Assembly: GCF_964355755.1 (NCBI RefSeq)
Contig: NC_092670.1
Location: forward strand, 33,344,388-33,408,387
DNA: 64,000 nucleotides
Direction: 5' to 3'
From: Antedon mediterranea
Lineage: Eukaryota; Animalia; Echinodermata
The position numbers were made by a program, and so were the translations under genes. Every line of letters begins with the position of its first letter. Position 1 is the stretch's first letter. Of the stretch, positions 1-12,428 are shown one piece after another. Under the pieces are notes generated by a model. It saw only the letters and a program-made list of their open reading frames with translations, searched no databases and was not told the origin of the DNA.

Positions 1-142
1 ATTCTTCATTTTCTTTATGATGATTGCTGGTGCACCAAGTTACTTGTTTGAAGGCATGTTGTCAGTCATCACTATGGAAACATTTAAATTAACCCCAGAT
101 CAGACGGGTTTCATACTTTCATTTTCAGGAGTGATTTCAATG
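1..142 (+). CDS. SLC22A18: SLC22A18-like MFS transporter, internal exon (truncated by window start)
   Basis: Frame from nt 2 reads FFIFFMMIAGAPSYLFEGMLSVITMETFKLTPDQTGFILSFSGVISM, then donor gtaaag at 143. Resembles recalled human SLC22A18 ...FSIISMDFFQLEAAQAGYLMSFFGLLQM. Confidence 0.8.
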
Positions 143-478
143 GTAAAGTTTTACAACAATAACATCACACATTACATTATAAGTTAAGATTGGTTAGTTG
201 AGTTTTATGGAGGTTGACGAAATTAAACTGTATAAAGCTTCACTAAACTATATAGTGTGCTATAACTTGTTTTAAATTCATCCAAACATAAGGGGTAGTC
301 AGTATATCTAGTAAACCTTGAGTATTCCAGGCGTTTTTTTAAAGCATAGCATATGGCAATGGACAACTTTGCCATTGGTTAACCAAAATGGGCCTAGGAA
401 AGAGCCTAAATGTATCACTTTTGGGAGACTTAAAAATTTTTTCTAGTTACAATCCAGTCTTTGAGAAAAAAACTATTA

Positions 479-604
479 CCATATTTATTCGAATAAAGGC
501 ACCGGGACATTTATTCCAAATGATGTTGTGAGAGAGGCATTTATTCGAAGTGGAGGTAGGGAGACATTTTATTCAAAGCGGTGCATTTATTCTAATAAAT
601 ATGG
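479..604. mobile_element. Tc1/mariner-type MITE
   Basis: About 26-bp imperfect TIRs (ccatatttattcgaataaaggcaccg / cggtgcatttattctaataaatatgg), flanked by TA on both sides. Confidence 0.7.
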
Positions 605-742
605 TAACTTTAAACTCGATTGTTGAAGCCTTACTGTGTTTCTTAATATCATTAGGGACAGAGAATAATCATATTGATGTGTATGAAAAAAAAAAGTAAC
701 TTACACTGTTGCCATTAACATTCACTTAATTTGTTTACCTAG

Positions 743-844
743 CTTGTTCAAGGCTTCGGTATTGGTATTCTGACAAAGAGGTACAGCGAAGCAGTCATTT
801 TAAACGGGTCGATTATCACTCTACTTATTTCTTATTCATTTCTG
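743..844 (+). CDS. SLC22A18: SLC22A18-like exon
   Basis: ctag acceptor; LVQGFGIGILTKRYSEAVILNGSIITLLISYSFL; gtaagt donor; phase 0-0. Matches the QGLVIGQLSSHFSE segment. Confidence 0.82.
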
Positions 845-1462
845 GTAAGTTTACTTCTTTTTGGCCTACTAACATAAAAAACAAACGATAACCAATCTTG
901 TCCAAATTATTCTACTACAGTAACTAAAAAAAAAGGATTTTTTTTTAGTGTCAAAGTTTAGGACAGTCACTGTAATCAACAGTGTATATGATATTAACAA
1001 CTTATGAGTAAACAAAGTGTATTTACTACAGTAGCTGTAGTACAATAATTATGACATTGGCTAAAACAATCACATAATTGCATTTATTATAATAGTTTAT
1101 AGGCTTGGAAGAACATATGTTAAGTTTGAGTTTTTATTTATATATGCCTGTAACAGATGGACCCTATGATGATGTTAAAATAGATAAAACATTTGTTACT
1201 GTATATTACAGAAGTACATTTAACAAGAATAATATTTGGTATATATATACTATATACAAGCAAGTTTTAAATACATGCTCAATAAAAAAATTAGGAAATT
1301 TTACCTAGATGTTCTTCAACATTAATTTTAATTGTCTTATATAAACACTTCTTGTGTACAGAAGCTAACCCTTTTCTGTAATTCCCTCTAAGGGAAAAAA
1401 TGGTTATATTTAATATAAAATTATATGCAATACAGGTTAATTAAAAATGTTCTGTTTTGCAG

Positions 1463-1583
1463 TGTTTCGTTTCAACCACAACTCATTTGATTGTGGTTCT
1501 TGTGCTAATAACGTGTGGTAATGGGGTCATAGGTACGGTACTTACGAGCTCACTAACAAAAACAGTTTCAGTAACAGATACAG
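1463..1583 (+). CDS. SLC22A18: SLC22A18-like exon
   Basis: ttttgcag acceptor; CFVSTTTHLIVVLVLITCGNGVIGTVLTSSLTKTVSVTDT; gtaagt donor; phase 0-1. Confidence 0.82.
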
Positions 1584-2178
1584 GTAAGTTTTACACCTAA
1601 ATACAGTAAAACCTAATTTTAAACTCATGCATATTCATGTTTCCATCTCTGCAATGAATTCTAGTTCCTTGAGTTTTTCAATTCAGCAAAATTGGTAGAT
1701 CAAATTGTTTCTACTTTTGCAAAGTAAAAAATTGTGCAACCAATCAGAGCTCATGAAATGAGTTATGATGCGTTCATGAGCACTCATGCGAATTGAAAAG
1801 CTCAGTAGATACGCAGCCAACATGAAAATCGCAGTTCAGCTATTATTCTCGTGTAGTGAAAAGGGCAGCGTTAAATACATATATTTTTTTCTCTCTCTCT
1901 CTCTTCCGGTTTACCACCACTTTTATTCATTGTCATTTTCTCCACTTTGTCATTATTTATATATATATATATAAATTTATTTTTTTATTTATTATTATTA
2001 CTGTATTAATTTTTTATGAATAGGGTCTCCAGAAATGTTCTGTAAATTTGAGAACTTAAATTAGATTAAATTATTCTTATAGTTATTTAGACATTGGTCA
2101 CGTTTGATAAATAGTTTAGCATTTTGAAGAATATTCACGCTTTCTAGAAACTGTCTAAAAATGTTTCTTTCTCCTCAG

Positions 2179-2333
2179 GTACAATGCTAGGCCTTGGACA
2201 TGCCTCTCAGTCTCTTGTTTCAACCATGTCACCGACTGCTGGAGCTTATTTACTTGAACGATTTGGTCTTACCTCATTCGGAATAGTTGGTGTTGTAGTA
2301 TACTTGATGTTGCTATTTGCGCCAAAGAAATAG
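2179..2333 (+). CDS. SLC22A18: SLC22A18-like terminal coding exon
   Basis: ctcctcag acceptor; GTMLGLGHASQSLVSTMSPTAGAYLLERFGLTSFGIVGVVVYLMLLFAPKK*. The junction recreates the DTGTMLGL motif of SLC22A18. Confidence 0.85.
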
Positions 2334-2527
2334 CGTGTTTTATATCACTTTGTAACACTATGATACAAATTTGTATTTATTATTAATATAGTAGAACCCC
2401 TTGTTTTGGACATCTCTATTAAGGGGACATTCCTGTGAAACAAACGAGATGAAATATACTGTATGCAATAAAACTAAATCCAAGCCCTATTCAAAGGACA
2501 CTCCTATTCAGACAACACTCCTATTAT

Positions 2528-2824
2528 GAGGTCGTGTGGCGCAGTGTGTTGGACGCTGGATTACTGATCGTTAATTCGAATCCAACTCTCGCCGCATTGC
2601 TTGTTTTTTGTTTCCTTAGGCAAGACACTTTATTTATTTTTGCCTCTCTCCACCCAGGTGTATAAAATGGGTGCCCGGTTAGACACAACTTTGTGCTGAT
2701 TACTAGCTGCATTGTGGATGTATACGTGTTTGATCCAAAAAATGACCAGGATATTAATGCTATAAGTGCCTTTGAACAGGATTACTCATGAAAATGGCGC
2801 TTTATAAACGTGGTATTATTATTA
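2528..2824 (+). mobile_element. tRNA-derived SINE with CORE-like central domain
   Basis: A-box-like gtggcgcagtg and B-box-like ttcgaatcc; central ccttaggcaagacact...cccaggtgtataaaatggg; (tta)n tail. A homologous copy lies at 54575-54808. Confidence 0.8.
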
Positions 2825-5800
2825 AGGGGAATAAGAGGTATTATTACTAATTGGTGATGGTTTTTTAATCTACACAGTACTGTACTACTTTCACCTTCAG
2901 TCAAAATGATCACTATTCAAATTACATCGGAGAGCCATTGCAATCAAAGTTGATGTCTGCAATAAATATGTACGTTTAAATTTGCACATAGTTCCTATAA
3001 TTTGGATAATAATGGTCAACAATTGAAATTTCATATTTTATTGTAATGTAGATTATGAAATAAAATATTTATTTTTACTTCAGGTGTGTGTGAATAACAT
3101 ATTACTATTATTATTACTAATTTAACTATTTAGAGGTTAAGTATTTAAATGTCAATCGTTAATACCTCGATGATCGGACGAAGGTTAGAACGAAAAATGG
3201 GGACCGAGTGACAGTACATCCTCTGTCACGTGATTAAACACCTAGAAGCATAATACAAGGCTACTGTCTGCTGATTGGTGTGCGTCCGAAAAAGTTTGAC
3301 GCAGTCCTAACTACCCGTAAAGAATAACAAGAATAAACCTGACATCTTTAAGTCTGTTTTATGACAAACAGGATGCGTATTATTAACACGTGGAAATGAT
3401 AAGCAAATAACCGACCCTATATAAGATTATAATATTAGGGCATATTATATCATTTGACAATGATGATGATTACAAAGCAACAGACAAGTTCACGTTTACA
3501 CATGCCCTTAGGTTTTAGCCGTCCTGTGATCTGACAAACATCTGTCAATCCATTAAACATATCTAATTAGTGCTATACTCATTCTCGTTTATTGCACGTG
3601 TGTATAAATCTGTCGTGCGGATGGTCAGTCAAAATGATTGAGTATTACTTAGAAATTAAGTACGGCGTTGTTGGCTTACTCAGTGAACTGGTAGGCTTAT
3701 ATTTATTCATTTACAATCCTGTTTAATTGTAGTTCCAATATAATGTTTTATGAAGGTATCTGAACTGAACACTAGGAAATGTGCTGCTGAAATTATTATT
3801 ATTTTTTTATTTTATTAATATCTTCAATTAATTATACTATATTTTAAATGAGAATTGCCTCACTATTATTTAGGGTACGAAAAAGGGGACGTTTTGTCTT
3901 TAAAAAAATGTATTTCACAATTTCTTCCAACGAGATACTGTATAATATTCAAATAGTTATATTTTTTACAATTGATAGGATATGAAAAAAAAAGAAATTC
4001 ACATAGACGGGCGGTAACGGTAAGCTGCCACGTAGAATCTGTATCCAATCCTGAACGGAAACGACTCGCCCGCTCCGCGTTGTGTACAAATGGTCATAAA
4101 GAATTACATAGATTCTATATATATGTATCACCGTTAAGGCTCGTCTGTGTAAATTGGCTTTCTAATATTTTTTTTTTAATCATGTTTTTTTAGTATGGTT
4201 TTTTAAATGACTCACTCACTCACTAGTCACATCTTGAAGGAAATATTGTTCTTTCCACAAGATGTTCTCACGGGTTATTCGCATGTGGAAAACATTTTTT
4301 TTCAAATGTTCACTTTCGGTTATGATATGAATGACGATATGATTCAAATTTTAAATAGCTTTAAATTACTATTTAGGCCTATTATTGGACAGTCGGGAAG
4401 TAGGATTTTCTTTTTCCATTCGAATTCCATAGTAAATGGCCGCCTACTGTAACATTTTCACGAAAATGTGGAAATACTAAAACAAATCACAACTTAAAAA
4501 TTGACATTGACAATCAGAACCAGCATCAAGAAACGTCGTCGACAGAAGATACTGTCTTATTAGACAGTTTTGCATATTGCATTAAAACGCTTATTCATTC
4601 ATTTTTTTTATTTGTTTCAATCCACAGTAATAATAATAAACATAACATAATAAAATCAACCTTATTTCTTATAAATTGCAGAGGAAAGAAAGGGAGGAAA
4701 CAGAAGAAAACTCTCCCAACCCACACTTATATAAGATTACATCTCCACAGTTAAATAGTCTGACCTAACATTGTATTGTTGGACATGGTATCAGCATATT
4801 GAGATACCCCTTTATACTGTTATTTTAATACTTTTTTGCTCATGAAAATGTGTAATTATACAACAATTATTTGATAGATGGATTAGGTAATAAGCCTACA
4901 ATATTAATGCAAGTTGATGTTTCTTATTATAGATATTATACTTGTAGGCATTTACAACTTTCACTCCAGAATATTCTGTATAATGGAATGACAGGATATT
5001 TGTCTATTCATCTCATTTTATTTATGTAGAAAGAAAACTTTAAAAAGGACACAAAACCATGGAGCTTATTTTGCGTGCGGCACACAGAAGAAAATTGCAA
5101 GCTTCTTTAGGAAACTAAAATTCTAGAAAATGTGAGTCATGAATGAATCAGTATCGTGTGGAAGACATACTTTTCTGTTCTCAATAATTTCGTGTCTTTC
5201 GTTATTTCGACCATTGTTTCATGACAATTCAATATTCAGAGAAGGCTGAAATTACACTTTTCAAATGTTAATAATGGTTCACAATCAATCTGAAAAAGGG
5301 TTGAAAATATTGATTGAAAAAGCGTTACAAAAATAGATAGCAAAATATAATGCGTTTGTGGGCATGACAATTACCATTGATATGCCACTTAGTGTTGGAT
5401 CATTTTACGTCGATTAAACCCAAGTTGCGTGATTGCCTTTTTTTTTCACGAAATCGGAGGGTTGTATCGGAAACGCTTGGTCATAATGTGGTCTCCTACA
5501 GACTGTTAAAGTTTTCTTGGCCCATGAACTGACACTAATATCAATGTTGAACTTTATATCTAATTTAAACTTAAATTAAGTAGGCATATGTCATAAAAAT
5601 GAATAATGAAAAGCGAAAACAGAATGTTAATTTGTATATATAAATATTTGTTGATGGATTCAAACATGACGTAGGCCTATTACAAATGGAGAGAGGCATT
5701 ATATACCAATGGATAACAGTTGTGTTCCTCTCTCCTTCATCTTTTTTTGTAATGTATTATGCCATTATGAACAATTTTCTGAAATAAAAGTTGAATTGAA

Positions 5801-8745
5801 TATAGTATCTTTGCTATAAATCCCAGCCTATTCATTAGCCCACACCGGTCATAGGTGATCTCATGGTATCTTCTGCATTTTGCAGAGAAATATCTAGGTT
5901 CGATCGATTCTTTATGGTTGTGGCGACTTCAGAAAAATGTGTTTTTCTGGGCCTAGAATTATAAGCCTATCGTTAAAATCAGTTTAATCAATGAAGAAAT
6001 ATTTTAATTAATCAAAAAGTAATTATTATCTCAGTGGTCTTTTGTCTCTTCCTTATCTCTCTTCCTGTGGGAACCGTCTACGTTTACTATTCACGAATTC
6101 ATATTATTTGCACAGACACACATTTCATATTATCTTATCTTTAATTACAATTTAAGTCTAAAGCATAAACATTTTCAAGAAACGATTAATCAGTTTATCA
6201 GTAGTACACAGAACTTACAAAACATGTTTTAGTAACATCCGGACCTTATCACCTTTGTACCAATAGAGGATATCCATCACGTTCCTACATATCCTCAGAC
6301 ATGAACGTGTGGCAGAATCCTGTATCAATCGACTATTTTAAATTGTTTACAGTATCTTTCCATAAATAGAGTTTAGTAATAGCTAAATATTACTTCGCGT
6401 TCACCACAGATTGGTAGTTCAAGGCAGCTTGTCTGAAATAGAATGTCATGATTGTGTCTGTCTTTCTGTCTGTCGTCTGTGCGATAGACCTCCTTCGACA
6501 CTTGTTGTCATTTTGTCATTTAACCAAGTTTATGACTGTGGTTATTAATACTTCTCTTAATTATCGGTAGGCCTATGCCTCAACGAAATCGAGACTCGAC
6601 ATAACAACGGATTGATAATTATGTACCCTGATTGATTCTAAAACAACGTAGGCCTACATCATAATAATTGAGGAATAGACATTTTTAAAAATAGAATATT
6701 TCATAGTGGAATATTCAAATTAAACTGTTAATAATAGTTTTATTACTAGATGTTTTTAGTAGCTTGTTTATTATTTATATAATATAGAATGTTTTTCGTA
6801 ATTTACAGTTCGAAGTCCCATGAATTAGAAAAATATTCCATTTTATTTAGGCCTACATTTTAAGTTAAATCTGACAAATCTTACAATTTGTTCACTTACA
6901 CACAGATCTGACTAAAAATATCACCAAAGTTTAGAAAGTAGTAGGAATACATAATGAAGAAAGAGTTAATGCTAAAATTACCACCAGATGTATGGTTTAA
7001 TCTGATAAGCTAAGTCTATCACTTTATATTTCTTTAAATGCAAATAGAAGAAACATATAAGTTATTTCCAGATTAATTTCTTTTTAATGAACTAATGGGG
7101 CCGGAGATGCTCCAATTATGACTCCATGTGATATCTGTCGCTCAGTAAAACATTTTTTAGAAATGCATAGGCCTAAAACCTATTTAACTCATCAAATCTT
7201 TTATCTTTAAATTACCCCAGTCGCCTTCGGGGACGTGATGTCAATGACCACTCAGTTTTACACACATATCCGTAATATTATCCTAAAACATATAATAAGA
7301 TGCATCTGTTGGTTGTAAAAGAAGTATATATTCTATTAGTCTAAAGCTAGGCCTACTGTTACTGAGAGATAATCATGGGTGATCGAGTAAGCTAAAGAGG
7401 TATCACACATCACAGCAGTTACACCAACACTGGTCAGATTTAGAAAACGAGCATGGCAAAAATATCATCTTAACTTTTTTATCTTTCGTGGTTCACCACC
7501 ACCTTTATTCATTCAATATTTCATTACATAATTTCTAAACATTTTCTACCCTGTTTCCTTAATTTCTGTTTTTCATCTTAACTTTGTTGTATGTCAACGA
7601 TTTAAAGCAAGGCCTGTCTTTGTTGAAGAAGTCGAATCCATAAGATTTTTTTTTTAAATGGTGTTTAACTAATGCGTCTGATTTTAACTCACGTACTATG
7701 TTATTACTTAAAAATCGACAAGAATCGACAAACACAGTTCAAATGTGCAAAGTTAACTGCGCGTATCAACAAATATATCAGCGTGTAAACGCGCTCGTAT
7801 AAGGTGATCATATTGATGACATTTATGTAAAAGTTCACCTAGTGAACCAGCCTACATTAAATAGGTCAGAGGTGTATCTGATTAACGGAAACCTGTTCAG
7901 CCAACGTTATTAGCAACGATTATTTGTGGGTTAAAATGTATTATAGTGGAAAACAAATATATTGTTGAAAACTATCTTTTTTTTATAGAGTATATCAAGA
8001 ATATGTTGCACATAAATAAATAATATGAATATTAAAGTCAAATAAAGTCAAAAACTATAGGCCTATGTTAATGACTCGATCATGAACAAACGTAAAAAAT
8101 GTTCAAACTTTCCAATTAGCAAGTTTACCAAAAGATAAGGGCCTAATTATTAATTACATTAATGATCCAAATAATTATTAATTTATTTAGTATGGTGTTA
8201 GTCCATACAATTCTACAAACTGTACTCATTTAGGCCTACTCAATTAGTTAATTATTAATTAATTAATAGCGATTTGCTAAACCGAACCCAATTATTAATG
8301 AATTAAATCATTTAGTTTTAAAAGTTTAATTTTAGGATAGCGTATACCGTAATTAATATCTATGCTCTGATGTGACGATTTAAAACACTTTACAAAACAT
8401 TTCGCGAACATTTTCTGTTCTTCAAAATTGAATTAATTTCAGCCGGAAATAGAGTTTCCTTTTTGAGTACAGTAACAGCTAAGGTCGCTTCGAGTCATTT
8501 CTACGAGGGCAATCAGTGACTTACCCTGGGAAACTGTATTTAAGCGACTTTGCTTACTGGCACTAGTTCAGAACAGTTAGCGATACGAGTGGCTCTACAA
8601 GATAGATTGTTATTAAGTACCGACATTATTAAGGATTATAATTAGTTAAATTAACCAGTTGACTTGACTTGTTTTATTGGCAGAAAAAAAAAGAATAATA
8701 TTTCTTCGTTTAACAAGATCAACAAACAATACATAGAAGACAATC

Positions 8746-9295
8746 ATGACTTTGGAAGCGGTTTTTAGAAACTTTACTTTAAAATCTTTGAAAGAGTTTG
8801 ATGTGAATAAAAAGGTGAAAACGATATCTGATGGAAATTCTAATCCTATCACGAAAGAATCGATCATTAAGGACGGGGTTATTGAAAAACGGCGGGATCC
8901 TAAGAAGTTACCAAATAACACCTGGAGACCTAAGTTCTGCATTTTGACGGCAGACAGTTTAACGCTGCATAAAAAATCATCATGCGATGATTCGGAGTAT
9001 TCGCATAAGATCTCTCTCGTAGAAGTCACGTCGGTTGAGAAAATAGAAAAAGGCAGAAGGCATATTCATTTTGATCTGGTGACGCAGACACAGAGAATTG
9101 GTTTGAGAGTTCCTTCAAGAGATGTTGACTGGCTTATTCAGATACAACTGGCTGTAGTTGCTTGTAAGAACAGGAATGACTTTCGACGAGAACTCACTAC
9201 CAAAACTTCTCTTATCGCAACAAAGTACAATTTAAAGAAAAACACAAAGAACTTGCAGGAAGTTATTCTAGATAAGGACGAAGAATATGGAGAAG
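8746..9295 (+). CDS. PH-PDZ protein exon 1 (PHLDA-like PH domain and first PDZ strand)
   Basis: IIKDGVIEKR...WRPKFCILTADSLTL...DWLIQIQLAVVACKNR is a PH-domain pattern; donor ag|gtaagt at 9296, phase 1. Confidence 0.85.
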
Positions 9296-9310
9296 GTAAG
9301 TTGGTGAAAT

Positions 9311-9345
9311 CAGGAAAGACATTACTATAGTTTCACTCTTCCCTG
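9311..9345. mobile_element. Degenerate P-superfamily-like remnant or footprint
   Basis: caggaaaga...tcttccctg (35 bp) between gtgaaat and gtgaaag (6/7 identical). Same ends as 20146-20187. Confidence 0.5.
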
Positions 9346-10157
9346 GTGAAAGGAATACAAGGCAATCTAACAACATGACACTGAGCTCGCCTTGCCAAGA
9401 TAAGAACTCGTAACATCAGTCCTTTGATATTATGTTTGACTGCGACAAATACCAATAGTACTGTACTGACGTACTATTCTCCGCGGCGAGATAAAACCCA
9501 GATAAAACCTTTGATCTCCGGAGCTCATCAGCATTCTGTTGTTATCTTGCCTTGCTTTAAATGTAGTCTTAAAATTAAGTGCGTGTGTGTGTTCACATTG
9601 TGAACTGAAAGTAAAACTATTTAAACTGGTAAATCAACGGAAAACACAGAATACATAACAGGTCCTACATAAAAAAAAGTATGGCTGCACTCAAGTGTTT
9701 AACTATAAACTAGTAAAAATGTAGTGTATAGCCAAAAGTGGTTTCTAATTTTAGTTTTCTTTAACAAAAGACACTCAAAACACATCTTTCCCTTGAACGA
9801 TCTGTCATTCCTCTCTGTAAATAATGAGTGTGGATTTCAAATTGGTGTTATTATTGACAAATTACCTAATTTTGAATGCTATTTTTTCTAATAAATTGTA
9901 TAATAAAGCTAAGCCACATATTCATTACAATAATTAAGGAGGCCTAATTTCTATAAAGTGGGTAATTTGTATTGAGTAATTTAATTTTACAGTAGTGGTT
10001 TCTATCTAATCAAATTATTATGAAGACATCAAACATTATCCAATTAGCACGTTATGAAATAAAGTGTTCTTAATACAGAATTCTTATGCAACGTTTAGTA
10101 AGTTTGCTACATATCAAATGGGATATTTATCTGTGAAATGTAACGAGAAATCATTTA

Positions 10158-10314
10158 ACTTGGTTCTCAATAGAGGCACAACGCAATGACCTAGACGCAA
10201 CGCAAGTGCGTTGATTAATGACAAACGACAATTGGAATAATCTATCACTTGTGATTGGTCAGATCACTTACGTTTCGTTACGTACTTGTGTTACGCCTCT
10301 AGTGGGAACAAAGT
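10158..10314. mobile_element. MITE family A (gcttggttcccactagag TIR)
   Basis: TIRs and internal gcaacgcaag repeats shared with 16501-16570, 37744-37909 and 58590-58747. Confidence 0.75.
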
Positions 10315-11393
10315 ATATCTACATCAGAGATATAGACTATGCCTGGGGTACGGTGTGCCTGATTTGCAAGAGAGGGTTAGACCTATATTTAACACACCGA
10401 AGAACAGGTCACAGAGCTAGGCCTGTTACTTTACGTTTTCAGTAGCTTTTAACCACACGTGTCAATTAAAATGGAATCGTAGCGGGGTTTCATTCATTTC
10501 TCTTGGGTTTGGAGCAGACTCTGTGTTTCTTTAATATTCAACGATCATTTCAGTGGTTAGATGAATTAGCCGTTTTTTTTCTTAAAATGTCACATTATGT
10601 TAGTGAACGTAACAGGTGTGATGACACGTGTGGCGTTCCATATGACAAGTGTCATCATGGGATTGTTCGTACCAGTTAGGTCTACTGCCTTTATAGGCCT
10701 ACAGTTGAATAAAACATACATGTACTTACGATAAAATCGAAGACTTCTTTTTTGATCACGAGTTAAAGATGGAAAGAAATAGAGTACTACATATGACTCA
10801 GCTGTCTCGTTCTTCAGCCTGTCTGTAACAAAGATTGTTTTCCCGTGGTAACGTACATGTAAACTTCATAAACGTCATAATATAACTTTCAAGGATTCCA
10901 AAAAATATATCCAATTATCACTATTTACTCATTGTTATATTATTTAGCATATCATGTAGGAAAATATTATACCCATGAATATTAAAAAGTAAATTAATAG
11001 ATTTTATCAACTGTCATTTATTAAAATTAATTTTAAAGGTGGTCCAATTTAGTTTACAGTGCCTTATGTCTATGTGTATCTTTCACTTTGCAATTACATT
11101 AGGCGCATTGAATAAATCGTTATTGTTTAAACAATTTACTTTCCAATTGAATCAATAATAATGTAAGCCTACAAAGAAATATTACGTGATAAATCTAAAT
11201 TACTTCCTCGACAAGTAGTAAAGTTCGATGTAGGCCTATATATAAATTTCACATAAAATAGTAGGCCTCCCCAGACGATTAATAAACAAAATATCCTGTA
11301 ACGTATAGCCGGTCGGCAAAATATCTGTTAAACACAATTAATGTAATTGTTGTATTTTTACGTATTTACTGAGTAATAATATATTTTTTGTAG

Positions 11394-11489
11394 GAATAGG
11401 TATTACGATCCGACGAGCAGGAGGGTGTATAGTTGTGTCCAGAATCTTGCCGGATGGACCAGTTGAAAAGACACAGAAGTTACAGCCAG
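11394..11489 (+). CDS. PH-PDZ protein exon 2 (PDZ domain)
   Basis: ttttgtag acceptor; GIGITIRRAGGCIVVSRILPDGPVEKTQKLQP, including the GLGF-equivalent GIGI loop; donor gtaggt; phase 1-1. Confidence 0.85.
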
Positions 11490-11569
11490 GTAGGTACAAA
11501 TAAATCATTGTTTAATAAGCACTGTGTTCACAAGGTACCGGAAGCAATGTTTTTATTAGATAACTTAAC

Positions 11570-11601
11570 CAGGGAGTTGTAAAATATTTTACAACTCCCT
11601 G
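11570..11601. mobile_element. 32-bp perfect palindrome with 7-bp TSD (P-superfamily-like footprint)
   Basis: cagggagttgtaaaat|attttacaactccctg flanked by ACTTAAC at 11563-11569 and 11602-11608. Confidence 0.75.
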
Positions 11602-11621
11602 ACTTAACCAAGTGATTAAAC

Positions 11622-11672
11622 CAGGGAGTTGTTATTAGAAACAATTCCCTGAGTTCTAATAACAACTCCCTG
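11622..11672. mobile_element. 51-bp inverted repeat with 7-bp TSD (P-superfamily-like footprint)
   Basis: 19-bp arms cagggagttgttattagaa / ttctaataacaactccctg with a 13-bp spacer, flanked by ATTAAAC at 11615-11621 and 11673-11679. Confidence 0.75.
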
Positions 11673-12307
11673 ATTAAACTTTAAATGTTCTGCTTTGAAT
11701 GTAACTAGAGCGGCTAGCATGATCACGTTTTAAACTTCTCCAGCCGTCGTAAACGCGTCACAGCCCAATAAGCGTGTCAGAGTAATTTCACACGCAGTGA
11801 TACGTCGCACGCGTTTGATGATTTACCGCGTGTGTTTGATATTGAGCCAAGTAGGCTATTATGAACAAGCCATAACCGTATAGTTATAATTAATTACTTT
11901 ATAGTGGCCAATCATTGTTATGCCTCCAAACTGTTAACTTTGCCAACTATAGTCGAAGTTGGTCAACTGGTCTACACTACTCAGGGGAGTTTGCAAAGTT
12001 TGCTTTTGCAGACTTCTGCAAAATGGTTTCCTGCAGTTTGTCGAAGGTGGTAAATTGGTTAGCAATTAGAAAAATGTGCTTGATAAACTCGGAGTTACTA
12101 AATGAACCGACAGACCTGGATGTTGTGTTATACATTATGATAAAACATAATTGTGATACAAACTAAACATTTCGCCAGTCACGCTCTGATTTAAAAAAAA
12201 AAATGTATTATTGTAATAATATACAGCATAAATTTCATTTCAATATTAATTTATGATCTATATAATTCAGTTAATAATTTCATTACTTTTTAATTCTTTG
12301 ATATTAG

Positions 12308-12428
12308 GAGATGAAATACTCAATGTGAACGGCATTGAAATATTGGAGCAAGAAGCAGAAGAGGTCGCTCAGCAAATACGATCGATACAAGGATCAGTTG
12401 TTTTACTCATCAAACCACTCATCAAAAG
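12308..12428 (+). CDS. PH-PDZ protein exon 3 (PDZ C-terminal half)
   Basis: GDEILNVNGIEILEQEAEEVAQQIRSIQGSVVLLIKP contains the GDxIlxVNG PDZ motif; phase 1-2. Confidence 0.85.

Noticed and set aside
2528-2600. tRNA-like A/B boxes, also at 53340-53385, 54575-54640 and about 56100-56125
   Set aside because: No cloverleaf; the longer copies continue into SINE body sequence, so they are SINE heads rather than tRNA genes.
8646-9029. Antisense ORFs over real exons (also 31137-31427, 14902-15159, 62689-62883)
   Set aside because: Shadow frames of coding exons with no independent support.
9358-9555. Possible element with caaggcaa...ttgccttg inverted ends
   Set aside because: The inverted similarity is real but degenerate, and no TSD was found, so it was not annotated.
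11563-11679. CRISPR-like or terminator-like reading of the palindromes
   Set aside because: Eukaryotic intron, no regular repeat-spacer array and no cas genes; each palindrome has its own direct-repeat flank.
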